Shown here: piece after piece, positions 38,507-51,646 of the stretch | Layout of the letters: each line of letters starts with the position of its first letter | How positions within the stretch are numbered: the stretch's first letter is position 1 | NCBI GenBank assembly: GCA_028534125.1 | Contig: CM052817.1 | Location: forward strand, 108,874,001-108,938,000 | Reading direction: 5' to 3' | Length of the DNA: 64,000 nt | DNA from: Lama glama | Taxonomy: Eukaryota | Notes under the pieces: model-generated | The model's input: only the letters and a program-made list of their open reading frames with translations | What the model was told of the DNA's origin: nothing | Database searches by the model: none | Program-made: the position numbers and the translations under genes

Positions 38507-39289
38507 ATTGTGGTGTGTTCACCTTTCCTTCCGTTCTAACAGACAGAGTGTATAGAGGATCGAGTTGGTAGTTTGTCAGAAACTTCCCTTTAACCCAGAA
38601 TTCCAAAGGATCCCACCTTCCCTGCTCATAAATCTGTTAATAAAACTAAAACACTGGTCAGCCTCAAGGCACAACCCCCAAGCCTGTTTATGGGCAGTCT
38701 TTTAATTATTAAAAGGCTGAAATGATTCATTAAGTATAATTTTGAGTTAAACACAGGGCTTTATGTTTATTTCGGAAGCGATGTCTCTGGAACCTGTGAC
38801 GTGATCCGTTTTGCAGTTTATTCGGACGCATTAATGAGAACTTGTCTTAATCCCACACAGCTGGGTTGTCTCCCGTGCGTTTGTCAGTTTCACAGATGTT
38901 CCTTCTGGCGCGTTCAGGCCGCTTCCGCCACATTCTCCTCTGCTGATGAGTTGCTGTTTCCATTGCGAGGAATGCTTTAAACATAATCGTAATTCAGCTG
39001 TCATCATAAATGGTTTGGATGATGTTTAACCCACAAAATCTTAAGTGGCTTCTCAAGGCTCAATCAAGATGGATTTAAGCGATTAAGCCAGTGTTCTGTA
39101 GATAATGATTTGTGTCTTAGAGATTATATTCAGTGGCCACCATATTGTACCCTTAAAAGATGTAAAATTTTGCATCTTAGCATAATTTTGTTTTACTACT
39201 GAAAGCAAGAAAGATGAGATTTCCTGACTTCCAAATGAGCAATTAAGAATAAGAAAAATAAGTTTATTTTCCATTTACTTAACACTTTG

Positions 39290-40965
39290 AGTCTTTTCCT
39301 TTCTTGATGTAGATCTGAGTTTCTGACCTGTAACATTTGCCTTCCCTTTGGCAGAAAAAAATAACTTGCTTTAAAATTTTTTATAAGGCAGACCTAATGG
39401 CAACAAATTCCTTCCATTTTTTGTGTGTCTGAAAATGTCTTTATTTCTTCTTCACTTAAAAGATAATTTTGCAGGGTACAGGGTTCTAAACTGGTGAATT
39501 TCTCCTCTCAGCACTTAGAACACTGAACTCCACCCTCTCCTCACTTACATGGTTTCTGAGGAGAAGTCAGATGTCATTTGTGTTACTCTCCCGGTGACAT
39601 GTTTTCCTCTCTGGCTTCTTTCAGGATTTCTCCTTCACTTTGATTTTCTGTTGTTCAAAAATGATAAGCCTAGGTGTAATTGGCTTTGCTTTTAGTTTGT
39701 TTTGCTATTTAGCCTGCTTGGTTTTCTCTAAGCTTCCTGAACTTGTGCTTTGGTGTCTGATTTTAATTGGGGGATATTTTCAGTCATTATTGCTTCAGAA
39801 ATCTGTCTGTCCCTTTCTGTGTGTCTTGTCCTCCTGGACTGGCCATTATACATACGTAGCATACTTCTGTAGCATACTCTTCTCTTTGCTTTCTGTTTAT
39901 TGAGATAATCAAGCTCAGAGACTTTTTTCAGCCACATCCCATCCACCGTTGAGCCTATGAAAGGCACTCTTCACTACCCTTACAGGGCTTTATCTCAGCA
40001 TTTCTTTTTCTTTTGTTTTTAGTTAGGATGTACCTCTCTGCTTAAGTAACCCATCTATACTTGCATGCAGTCTACTTTCTCCATCATGGCCCTCAGCATA
40101 TACTGATCATGGTGTGTTAAATCCCAGCATCCTCGCTAAGTCTGATCATGATACTTGCTCTGTATCTTCAAGCTGTGTTTTTGCCTTTTGGTGTGCCTTG
40201 TCGCTTTTTGACTGTTGGGCATGGTGCACCTGGTAAAACAAACCAGTGAAATAAATAGGTCCCCAGTGCTGTGGCGGTGAGGTGGGCAGGCAGGACATGC
40301 ACCCTGCAGGCCTGGGATCAGGTCTCAGTCTTCTAGGGAGTCTGTGCCCCAAACTGGGGGCTTCAGAAGTGCATCTCAGGGATTCTTCTGCTTCTTGGGT
40401 GAGACGGGAGGGCTGGAGTGGTCTGAGTCATGCATCTCCCTTCTGCCCGGCCAGTTAGGCTCTGCAAACACCCCAGCAGCATAAGCTCCAGCTGACTAGT
40501 GTCTCCTGAGGGCAGGTCTGGTTAAGAGCAGCGCTCTGTTCCTCTCTTCCTACCCCCGAATCACAAGGGCTTTACTCCAGTGTTTACAGTGAGATCTGGG
40601 CCAGGTTCCTGGAGGTGAAACTCACAAAAAGGGTAAAACTGTGTCCCCCTGGATTTTTGTTCCCCAGGCTTGCCCACACTGGGCCTCCAGCAGTTCACTG
40701 ATTACAGCTGAGGTTTTCCTGCCCCAAGGCTGGTGCCCGAGCTGGTTCTGCCTGAGAGTCTCCACCCTAGTGAACTGTGCCCCCAGCCCATGCCCCAGCT
40801 TCGTACACTTGTCCCTCCAAGTCCTGCAGGCAGCAGTCGGCCGGTGTCTTCACCTCTTGTAAGGGCCTTAAAGAGCTGTGGATTTTCCAGTCTGCTCAGC
40901 TCTTTACCTGTTGGCAGGGTGGAGAAGCAACTTCCAAGCTTCTTACATGCACAGCCTCAAGATGC
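39290..40965 (-). mobile_element. Old L1M 5'UTR/ORF1 region
   Basis: GGCAACAAATTCC..CTGAAAATGTCTTTATTTC..GGTTTCTGAGGAGAAGTCAGATG. Minus translation IMTENIPQLKSDTKAQVQEA is ORF1-like. Confidence 0.8.
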
Positions 40966-42915
40966 TTTCTTGTTTTTACTGAAGAGTCAGGGAGGGGTAA
41001 GAAGAGTGTGGACACAGAGGACCCAGGAGTCCACGGAAGGAGCACATGTGACTCTTTCAGTGACTTTTCATCACTTCTTTTTTCAAGATAAAATTGGATT
41101 TTATTTGTATAGATCAATACCATTTTCAGCAGAAACAAACACATACACAGAAATGTGCCCAGGAGCAAAATAAGGTGTAAGAATTTAAAGGAGAAAATTA
41201 CAAAAGTTTACAGAAAAATGGAAAATGAAACAAAGTAATAAACAAATAGTGTGTTCATGTGGGAAAATATTCAACATGTCAGGGCTTACTCTCAGCTTTA
41301 AATTTGACATTCACTCCTTAGTAAGCATCTGAAGTGTGGAAACTGGTTTGGGAGTGGTCCAGTGCGTTGGAAAGTGAGCAGAGTTGGAGCAGAAAGTCCA
41401 GGGGGACCCCTGCTCCTCACCCCCTGCTGCAGTGAGGCTGGAACCTCCCCCACCTCCCCGACCCACACTGTGTCCTGGGCACCAGGGCAGGAAGAAGGCA
41501 GACATGGTGGGGCCCGGTGTTAACGAACTGAGCTGACACACAAAGCAGCGCCTCGCACACTTCCCAGAACACTTCCCCAGTGTCTTGTTTCTCGAGGCTC
41601 AAGTGGAAGGTGTCCTTTGAAGCTGACTCGCATGGAAGAAACCCAGCTTATTAATTCAGAGACCTAAATGCATCAACGTGAGGATAATGAGGACCTGGAA
41701 GCTGCGAATCATTAAGAGCTGGAGAATCTTTTTTATCACTGAGTCTACGAGAGATGTTTATGGCAGTTGATATATAAATAATCTAGGCCCAGGTTTTGGA
41801 GGAGAAGGCTCCCGTCTCCTGGAGGCTGCGATGGAAAACAGCCACACCTGACTCAGGCGAAAGCTATGCCCTGGCCCCGTGAGCTAGCCTGCTCAAATAG
41901 GGTGAGGGTCACATTCCCACAGCAGGCCTGCAGCTTTTATCAAAGACCAAGATGATCAACCCGCCACCATGTGAAACAAACAAGCACCAGGACCTTCTGC
42001 CAAGGACGGCGTCCATGCTCTGCCTGTGTTCGTGGGTTAATGACCCACATGAAAATTCCTTGCATCTTAGTACCTAGAAATTAACCTCTTTTAAAACATG
42101 AGGAAGCCTCCTTTTATTAAATAATGATTGTTATACAATGCGTTTCTCTTATCACCTATGGAAGCATAGGGCTCACGTTAGTAAGTTGTGGTACGTGTTC
42201 ACCAGCAATAGCCTGGACCATTGACATGCTCACATTTTCTTCATTACATGCCTTTTAAAAAGTATATATTCTTTTAAATATTGTACATAATCACTTGACA
42301 TTTACCTTTTCTAAGCATGAAAATAAGATTCCGAAATTTGGTTCTTCAGCTGAATTCTAGAGATTTTCAAGCTGTTAAACTCCCACAGTGCCAGGAAGGC
42401 GTGACTCAGATTGTCACAGAGAATGTTCTAATCTTGTGTTGATGACGTTGACAGCTGGTAAAGTCAGATCATTATTTTATGGCCCAGGGCAAGTCATTTA
42501 ATATTTTCATCACTACTCACCGTGGAATGCTAAGTTTCTGTAAGTAAGCGCTTGCAAATGGTACGAGCCGCAAGCACACATGAAGCATTGGCCAAAATAA
42601 GTCATTTTCTACTTCCCCAAAACAGAATCCCAGGATAGAGAAAAAAATTTGGATTAAAAATATTTTAAAATATATTTCTCCAATAAAAATGTGAAGGTGA
42701 TTTTTAAAAAAATCAAAATACAACTTTTAAAGCAACTTTCACTGTAAGTTCTATGTTCAGTCAATACAGAAGACTTCAGATAAAATATGTCACCATCTTT
42801 CCACTACTCCTCCCAGAATGTGTATAAAACAAAGAAGAATTTTGTGAAAAGCCACAAACCAAATATTCAGCACAGCTAAGAGGAGGATACAACTTTCAGA
42901 TTCAAAAATATGTGG

Positions 42916-43085
42916 CACTATATATAAAAATAGATAAAAAACAAATTTCTTCTGTACAGCCTAGGGAACTATATTCAATACCTTATAATAACCTTTAACA
43001 AAAAAGGATGTGAAAATGAATATATGTATGTATATGCATGACTGGGACATTGTGCTGTACACCAGAAATTGACACATTGTAGCAA
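42916..43085 (+). mobile_element. Young L1 3'UTR fragment
   Basis: Near-identical to 4888-5060 (CACTATATATAAAAATAGATAAAAAA..GCTGTACACCAGAAATTGACAC). Confidence 0.9.
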
Positions 43086-43203
43086 TAAAAGAAAGAGAGA
43101 CAGAGGAAGGAAGGAAGAAAAGGAAGGAAGGAAGGAAGGAAAGAAAAGAAAAGAAAAGAAAAGAAAAGAAAAGAAAAGAAAAGAGAGAAAAGAAAAGAAA
43201 AGA
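43086..43203 (+). repeat. (GGAA)n/(GAAAA)n polypurine microsatellite from L1 tail
   Basis: Directly visible. Confidence 0.95.
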
Positions 43204-43551
43204 ATTCATCACTATCAAGAAAAAAACAAATGTGGGAAGATTTGCAAAAGTAGGTTTCATGGAACAGAAGTAACCCCAGAGGAAGTGAAGGAAAAATACT
43301 GCAGACAATGGCTCAAGGCAGCAGATCTCAGCATGTTCCAGGAAAGAAATTCATTTCTGAACAGTGAAAAGCTTCTACAGAGAAAAGTGGTGTCTATTCT
43401 TTGCAACCAGGAGGGAAGGATTTTCCGGCTCTGCAGGACTGAAAAATGACTTCCAGATACAGCTTTTACTCACGCAGGCCAGAGAAGCAGGGCTGCGCGG
43501 AGAGTTACCGACAGAGCCACCTCCCGGTGAAGCGGACTGACTCCAGCCCGT

Positions 43552-43568
43552 CACGTGGGCGCCACGTG
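43552..43568. promoter_or_regulatory. Perfect ChoRE-type motif CACGTG-GGCGC-CACGTG
   Basis: Two canonical E-boxes exactly 5 bp apart. Motif match only. Confidence 0.35.
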
Positions 43569-45714
43569 GGGCCCTCACTCCCCGAGGGAGTCCTTTACGG
43601 GTGGCTGATTCTGGGAAATGCAACTCATTCTACGGTGAATTTTAAAACAACTTCTGACACAACATCCAAAGTATGTACCAAAAGGGACAAAAAAAATGGA
43701 AAAGAACAGAAAAATAACAATTGAAGAAAATTTACTGAAAAAAAAAATTGGCATGGAACAGTTAAAAACTGATGTCCAAATATTTTGCCCTGAGTTAAAA
43801 CATCTTAATAGATTAATAATATTTGTTGAAGAAAACCACTGATCAGAAAAATAAAAACTCCAAAAAGTGGTTTCAAGATAACAGAAGGAAATAAAATGGG
43901 AGCCAGTAGTTGCAGGAGGGGAAACAATCAAGGGCAAGCAAAGCATAATAAAAATAAAGCTGATATTGCAAGAATACAAAGGAAAATAGAATTTATGAAA
44001 AACACAGTAAAGGACATCAAGTCTAGAAACAAAAATAATAACACGCAGTGGGGAAAAGGAGAATATTTAGCAAGAAAATGATGTCTACAAAAGACAGAGG
44101 AAATCCAGCATAAATATAATTTAAACCCCAAACAAAACATAGCAATAGAATACAGCACACATCAAAGACTGCGGAAAGCAGTATTATTGATCAAAACAGT
44201 GTGGCAGTAAAGAGTGAAAAAGACAGAAAAGGAAATACACCATTTTAGCATGTTCAAAGTGAGGAACCAATAGAGATTCTCTTTAAAAACTTGGCATCTA
44301 AGAGAAAGTTATGTGTATTAAGAATAAGAATAAAAATAATCAAAACCTTTCAAAACTGAATAAAAACTTTCCAAAACACAAGAAGACCCATATACACACA
44401 TGAACACAGAGCCAAGAAATAACCCACAGAGTACAATTATTTCAGTAACTGTAAACTGAGAAAATGTAAAATTAGGCAAAAGGCCACTATGATCCATATT
44501 AATGTAAGTAGCTTTACTCTCCTATTAAGAAAAAAGATTTTTAAATTTGTTAACAAAAACAAAATCTAAATCTGTTCTGTACACAAGAATCTCAAGAAAA
44601 TTAGCTACAGATTGAGTCACAAAGAAAATCTAAATAAATTTTAAAAGAAGTCAAAAATAGCTCAGAAAATACTTCCTAATCAAAATTCAATAATACAAAA
44701 AAACCATGGAATCATAAAGTAAAATGCCTCTTCAAATGTGAAATTTAAAAACTCATCCTTAAACAAATCTGAAGCAAAACTTCACAATGTAATCATAACA
44801 AAAATATCAAAACCTATGAGATATAACTAAAGAGCACTTTTATTGAAAATGTCATAGTTTTATATTTTATATCAATAAAGAGATGCTGAACACAAATTAC
44901 TTAAATGGACTCAAAAAAGCAGTAAAACATAAACAAAATTAACAAATGGGAAAAGAAGGGGTGGGGTTAAGAAAATACTATATATATAAAACTAGAATAA
45001 ATCATAAGATTAGAAAATGAGTAGAGCAGAAGAACCTGGAATGGATAAATAAACAGCAGTAAAAATCAATAAATAAAGTAGGGGATAAATAATCATGACA
45101 AAAAGGGAGCAGCACAAATAGATGAAATAAGTGATGGTGAGTAAATATATACAGAAACACATAAGAAAATTAAAAAGAATCATCCGAGACCACGGTCCCT
45201 CTCTCCACACGGAGAGTGCACATAGAGGTCAATTCCGACTTTAAATGAAGTGTGTGTAGATAATTGAAACAAAGGATTTTGGCATCACTGTAATAATTAT
45301 CAAGGTAAAATTAGTTCTTCAAAGTCCTGAAAACGTTAGTCACCTTTATGGTTTCATATGCACGGAATTTCACATGAGTCTTTGAACACTGACATTCCTG
45401 AACATATCACAGTTTTAAGAGAATCTCACTTCGTCTTTTATAGAAAATGACTTGGGGTGATAAATGGATAAAATTTTTGAATTACATTATAATTTGGTTC
45501 ACCCAGAAACATTGTTTTGAGATTGTTATTCACAAAAATATTTGTCAATATAAAAGTTGAACTTATTTAAATGTATTATGAATGGCTTTGTTCTTTACCC
45601 ACTGTTTAACACCCACAGTTTTGTGTATTAATATCACTTTCTTTCTAAGAGAAGGGCATTGCAGTAATAAAGCATGGCAGTCCCGTTCATCTGTAGGCCG
45701 AGAACTAGATGAGC

Positions 45715-45992
45715 ATTCAAAGCCGGATTCCTGACAGTGGTCTCTAAGGCCCTTCACGGGGTGTCCAGCCCCTTCCTGGTCAGCAACCCATCTCACACGG
45801 TCTCCTCTTACTCTCCCAAGTTTCACTTGCCCCCACCTAGCCTCCAACATGGCAGGCATGCTCCTACCACAGGGCCTTTGTACCCGCTGGGATGCTCTTC
45901 TCAACATCTTCATGGGTCATAGGTTACTGCCTTCAGATTTTGGCTGAATTGTCATGTTTTTCATAAGACCTTGCTAATAACCCTATTAAAAT
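45715..45992 (+). mobile_element. L2a fragment
   Basis: CAGGCATGCTCCTACCACAGGGCCTTTGTAC..GGATGCTCTTC. Confidence 0.75.
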
Positions 45993-46697
45993 TTGTATCA
46001 GAACCCTGTCTGCCAAGCTCAGTGCTGAGAGGGATCCAACCCATTCAGCCCATGGTTTGATCACCCCCTCAGGTGAAAGAGTGAGCAAAATACCCATCAA
46101 AAGTCCTCAGCCTTCAGGGGGCTGTGCTCAGGCGTTGGACTTCCCCTCAGCTCAGAGCACTGAGACAGGTGGCATCTTGGAAGGGTAGGGAACAGCTGAA
46201 AACAGAGATGGGGCAGGGGTCTCAGCAGCCTTCATGCACGGTGAGGCTGGGAGAGGGCACACAGCCCTGACACTGGTCCTTCAGGAAGACGGGGGAGAAG
46301 TGGAGTCCGAGCCCAGGCACTTCCCCGGGGGCAGCAGCCAGCAGAGCACACACATCCACAGGAAGCACTGAAAGGCTCCCAGAGCCTCTAGGCTGGATGA
46401 TGGGAAGTGATTTTCCCTGCGGGCATCAGTCTATAAAGACTGGAAGAGATGGTTGCCTCTTCAAAGGTGCAGACACTGACATAAAACTATCAAGGAGCAC
46501 AAAAAGTCAGAGAAATAAGGTACTGTCAAAGGAACCCAACAAACCTCCAGTAACTAACCCTAAAGAAATGGACATATCTGTTAATTGTCTGACCATGAAT
46601 TTAAAATAATCATCTTAAACAGCTCAGAGAGCTATCAGAGAACACAGACAACTAATCAAAACCAGAAATATGATACATGAAAAAAAATGAAAACATC

Positions 46698-46740
46698 TTG
46701 TAAACTGTCAATAATTCAATAAAATAAAATTTTTTAAAAA
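46698..46740 (+). mobile_element. Ultra-short (~40 bp) L1 tail insertion
   Basis: TTGTAAACTGTCAATAATTCAATAAAA flanked by the TGAAAACATC repeat (46688-46697 / 46742-46751). Confidence 0.7.
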
Positions 46741-47092
46741 GTGAAAACATCAACAAAGACACAGAAACCATAAAACATAACCAATCAGAAGTTCTGGAAT
46801 TGAAGAATACAGAAAACAAAAGTTAAGTGTTGACAAGGTTGTGGAAAAATTGTACCTTGTTGGTGGGAATGTAAAGTGGTACAGCGGCTAAGGAAAATAG
46901 CATGGAGGTGCATTTAAACATTAAAAGTAGAACTACCAGCAATCCGCTTCTAGGTCCTCATCTGAGATTTGAAATAAGGGTCTCAGAGAGTTATTTGCCA
47001 TCTCAGGTTCACTGCAGCACTGCTCACGATAGCTAAGATTTGGAAACAAGCCAGGTGTCCATCGACAGATGACTGGATAAGGAAAATGTGGT

Positions 47093-47697
47093 ATAAGACT
47101 TCCAGCTGCAAAATAAATGCCACAATGATGAAATGTGCAATGTGGGGAATGTAGTCAACAGTGATGTAATATCTTTGTGTGGCGACAGATGCTAACTAGA
47201 AATGTATGGAAATATCCACTCACTGTGTTGCGTAACAGGAACTAACACAGAGTTGTGGCTCAGTTATGCTCAGAAACAAACTCGTGGAAAAATAGATCCG
47301 ATCTGTGGTTACCAGAGTTGGGAGCTAGGGAGAGGGGGAATTGGATGAGTGCAGACAAAAGGTACAAACTTCCAGTTATAAGATAAATAAGCATGAGGGA
47401 TGTCATGTCCAACCGATAAATGCAGTTAACACGGCTGTGTTACGTATGACAGTTGTTGAGAGTAACTCTTAAGAGTTCTCATCACAAGGACAATATTTTT
47501 TCTGTTTCTTTATTTTTGTGCCTGTATAAGACGATAGATGTTTGCTAAAAAAACTGATTGTGATAATCGTTCTGTGATGTGTGTCAGTCCAGTCACTACG
47601 CTGCACACTTTAGACTTACACAGTGCTATTATGTCTATTATAGTGCAATGAAACTGGAAAAAAAGAATAAAACAACAATGAAAATAATAAAGAAAAA
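47093..47697 (+). mobile_element. Nested L1 3'UTR (laurasiatherian type with duplicated 3'UTR module)
   Basis: Two ACTTCCAG..AAAT/ATAAAT modules and an A-tail. Flanks AAGGAAAATGTGG / AAGAAAATATGG. Confidence 0.7.
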
Positions 47698-48249
47698 AGA
47701 AAATATGGGATACACATAAAATGGAATATTATTCAGCTTTGAAAAGGAGGAAATCCTGCCACATGTACAAAACGGATGAACCTAGAGGAGACCATGCCCT
47801 GTGAAATAAATCAGTCATAGGACAAACACTGCATGACTCCGCATCTGGGAGGTACCTGAAATAGTCAGTCATAGAAGCAGAGGATAAAACAGGCTGCCAC
47901 AGGCTGTGGGGTGGGAGAAATTCAATGTCAACAGGTATAAAATTCCACTGTGCTACATGAATAAATTCTAGAGCTCTGTGTACCACGGAGTGCTTAACTG
48001 GGTGGTATGCACATCTGGATTTGTCAAAGGGGTAGGTCTCATGTTAAGAGTTCTTACCAATTCAAAACCCCAGGAAGCAACACACACACACACACAAAGA
48101 GACACAAGGAAACTGGAAGACGTTGGCTACGCCTGTTACTTTGATTGCAGTGATAGTATTGCAGTGTATATATGCTCCAAACTACAAAACTGTACACATT
48201 GAATATATCTTTATCGATTTATACCTCAATACAGCTGCTAAAAAGAAAC

Positions 48250-48600
48250 TACTAAATGGCAATAAATGCTACAAACATTTTTTAAATGAAATAATGAGAC
48301 TGGTTGGCTAATAAGTTTGAATTATCAGAAAAGGTCTTTCTGGAGATATGGATTTAAGTAAAACTCTGAAAGACAAGAAGAAGCCAGTCATAAAAATATC
48401 ATGTAAAAAGAAAGCCATGAAGGGAGAAAGCTACTGTCAAGGCTCTAAAGTAGGAAGGATTTGGCATTTTTGAGAAACAGAGGAAACACCAGCGTGGCTG
48501 TAGGAACACCGGCAGGAGGAAATGATCGTACAAGATGCCCTGAAAGATGCGCGTTTTGGAATTAAGTGCCTGCCAGACTTCTAACCTGGAGAAATCACAA
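48250..48600 (-). mobile_element. L2 fragment
   Basis: TCAGAAAAGGTCTTTCTGGAG..GAAGAAGCCAGTCAT..AAGGCTCTAAAGTAGGAAGG. Confidence 0.65.
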
Positions 48601-51600
48601 TACATGTCTGATATTCGGGTGTAAATTTGGGGCGGTGCCTGGAAAGTATGGGAACGTTTGCTGTAAGATGACATTCACGTTGGGAGAGATTCCAAATCTA
48701 GCTTTAGCCTCAGGCCACGTTGCAGAAGAGGAGGGGACCAGGCCTGTGTGGTACTTTCTATTTGAGGTGCATGACCTCGCAAGTTCTCGTGTCCTAGAGG
48801 GGCCGGCCATTCAAACTGGTCGTTCAGACTTTGTCTGGAATTTATAGGCAAGAAAGAAAAGACACAGTGATGAACAGCTCAGTGCCAAACAAGATTACTT
48901 TAACAGACTTTTTAAATAGGACATAAAAAGGGAGAGCAGTTGCTCCAAATGGTTATGACGATACAGGAACAGTGGACTGTCATCCAAGTGGCATTCATTT
49001 GTTGAAAGAGAGGAGTGTTGTACCCAAAGCACTAGCCACTCATTGGCCCCTTGTGGGGCCATTTACAGGGTTCTCAGCGTGCGGCAAGGTGGAGACAGCA
49101 ACGGGGCAGAGCCCGCTTCCCATGAATTCACCGTCTACACAGAGAGACAGGAAAGGTGACCCCTGGCCACACTACAGAGGAAGCAGCGCTAAGCAGAGGG
49201 GGGCACAGAGGGAAGTGAGACGCCGAGCTCTAACCGTGGTGCTCAAGGGAGGCCACATGGACAAGACATTCATTTTGCCTGAGCAGGTTCTCTGAGGATG
49301 CTGGGTGTGCCAGGAAAGCCCTGAAATGAGGTGAAGGGGGGCTCTGAATGTGCAAAAGCTTAGAGGAAGAAAACTATGTATATACGTACATATACACACC
49401 TAACTTCATACATATTTTGTATTGTATTTATACTTACATTGTATTGTATACACTGAATCTCCATTATTTGAAAATAGGAAAAGTGCATGGTTTATATGAG
49501 CTAATGAATTTAAATAACATCTTGAGAATGACAGAGATTGATAGAATGATTAAGGAGTTTGAGCAAAAATGTAATTTGATTTGCATCTGAGAATAATGGA
49601 GAGTCGGTGACGGATTTGAGGGTCATTAGAGAGGTGATTGGCACAGACCTTGGTGCTGTGTTGGAGGGACGAGAGGCAGAGGTCCAGGAAGACCTGCGTT
49701 CATGGCTTGGGGCTTGGGAAGGTGTGGGAGCATCAGGAAAGAGGAACAGAAGCAGGTGTGGGAGGAAAAAAGATGACTAAGAATAAGCTTTTCTTTTCTG
49801 TGTGCATTCCTGTCTTTGGAATTAAACAGAAGAATCACAGAATTTCTCCTCTTGTTGTTAGTGTGGTTATACTGTCCTGCATTTTACTTCTTGTATTTCC
49901 AAGAATAGTTAGAAAAAGAAATAAAAGACGTTGAGAAGTGTGGTTTCCAGGAGGTGATGGTTCTCCGGACTGTGGGACTGAGGGTGCCAGGGCTCCTGGA
50001 GTTACACTCACTTCGCTGCTGTGGACACAAGCCTGTTGCTGAAAGAGTTCGGGGCGGTGTGAAGATACCTTAATTCACCCCCCATTTGTCACCTATGAAG
50101 AGTTAGTGTCTCTCTGTAGCTGAATAAAGTGTTAAACAAAATCCAGACAACAGATTGAAAATGACAGACAGCTTATGACCAAAAAAGAAATCCGCCACTG
50201 AATGGAGCTGCTCACGATCTCTGCACGCCTTGTAAGTGTCCTCTCCGTGGGGAGAGAAGGACCGGGGGTGACAAAGATGGGCTTCGTTCAGGACACGGAC
50301 CAGGCGTCCCACCTCCTCCATCCAGAGCAACCCCCCTTCCCTCTGGTTCTACCCTGAGCTTTCACTCCTGGGGGCTGTGGGGGGCAGAGGAGAAACACTC
50401 TGCAGGATCTGGGGCAAGAAGATTTAATCAAACCTTCTCTAGATAGTGCTACTGGTATTTCTCCCTGTTGGTTTAAAAATCAGCCACCAGGTTTCCCACT
50501 ACGATAACAGCAAACAGTGCTGCGCTTAATTTCTGTTATTTTCAACAGTTCAGAATTAAAGGGCTTCTCGTGGGGTCCACAGTGAGCCTCATTAATAGTA
50601 TAATAGTCCCATTTAAATTTAATAGAAAGTTTAAACGTGAAAAGCCTATTTTATGAGGGTAAGTGTCAATTCAGGCATCATCTTGGTTAAGGAAGAGGAT
50701 ATACAACTTGGGTACCAGTTTTAGGGGCTGAATCCAGTAGGTGACAGAGCAACTGGCCTACTTCATGGCATTGTCTGTGGCAGGGCAGGCCCCACCATCA
50801 GAGCTGAGATCTGTCTCACTCTTAGTCAAATTCCACTAAAAAGGAAAGCTTCAGCGTCCCGTGGAAAGCTCCTTCTGTGGACAGAAAACACTGGGGGACG
50901 TCGGAGGAGAGAGATGGGCTCGTCCACGTTCCGCTCTTGGCAAGTGACGAAAACGTCTTCCAGCAGAATAATTATAAGATTATGATCCATGGACAGTGAT
51001 TGGAACATGCACCTGCTAACTAGCATGTGGGATCAAGAAAGTTCATTCACTCCCTGAAAGCAGACATTTTCTCCTTCAAAATGAAAGCAGAGAGGAAGGT
51101 GCATTTCCACTTTGTTTTATGATAGTCAAGTTTGCTATTAGCCTAATTAGAGGGGAAGCAGTGTGACCATTCTGCAACGGATGCTGTGATGTGACTATCT
51201 CTCAGAAAAGCTCAAAGTGGGGAGGGAAAAAAAAAGATAATTGAATAACCACAATTCAATCAACAGTTGTGGCAAAGTTTAATTTACTTGAAAAGCCAGG
51301 GGTTGTAATTTCATGATCTTGTAGAAACAGCACGGTACCCATTAACATCAGATTCACTCTTCTTTTCTTTGTAGTCAGATGACAGAAGGGACTATATTTA
51401 GATTTCTATATGGACTGTTTTAGCCCAGTGTCTCTGAAAGGGGAACTGCGAAGACAATTTCACATCCAATACTGATATTCAGACGTTAATCAGCATATAT
51501 TAAAGAGAGAGTCCTCTCCGTGTGGGATACTTGTCTCTGTGTAGACACTGTCTCCTAAGGAAGGAAACACATGAAGACTGTGCGATTAGGCTGAAATAAA

Positions 51601-51632
51601 GCCCATCGCTCAGTACAGTGCACGAGGCCACG

Positions 51633-51646
51633 GTTGCTATGGTAAC
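51633..51646. promoter_or_regulatory. RFX X-box GTTGCTATGGTAAC
   Basis: Full match to the GTTRCYATRGYAAC imperfect palindrome in apparently unique sequence. Confidence 0.45.

Larger units (their letters stand above)
42760..45200 (+). mobile_element. Degenerate old L1/HAL1-like sequence (5' region, ORF1, ORF2 pieces)
   Basis: Strongly A-rich + strand with ORF1-like coiled-coil translation. TTAATGTAAGTAGCTTTACTCTCCTATTAAGA resembles the ORF2 start. Confidence 0.55.
46000..48245 (+). mobile_element. L1MA/M2-like element: 5'UTR/ORF1 start joined to ORF2 end + 3'UTR, with nested insertions
   Basis: CCAGTAACTAACCCTAAAGAAATGG (ORF1 start region) to ~46812, then AAGTGTTGACAAGG..TGTTGGTGGGAATGTAAA (ORF2 end). 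3'UTR to TACCTCAATACAGCTG. Confidence 0.75.

Noticed and set aside
49638..49934. 98-aa ORF with a transmembrane-like C-terminus and basic tail
   Set aside because: Non-ATG start, no recognisable homology, and hydrophobicity is explained by T-rich sequence.
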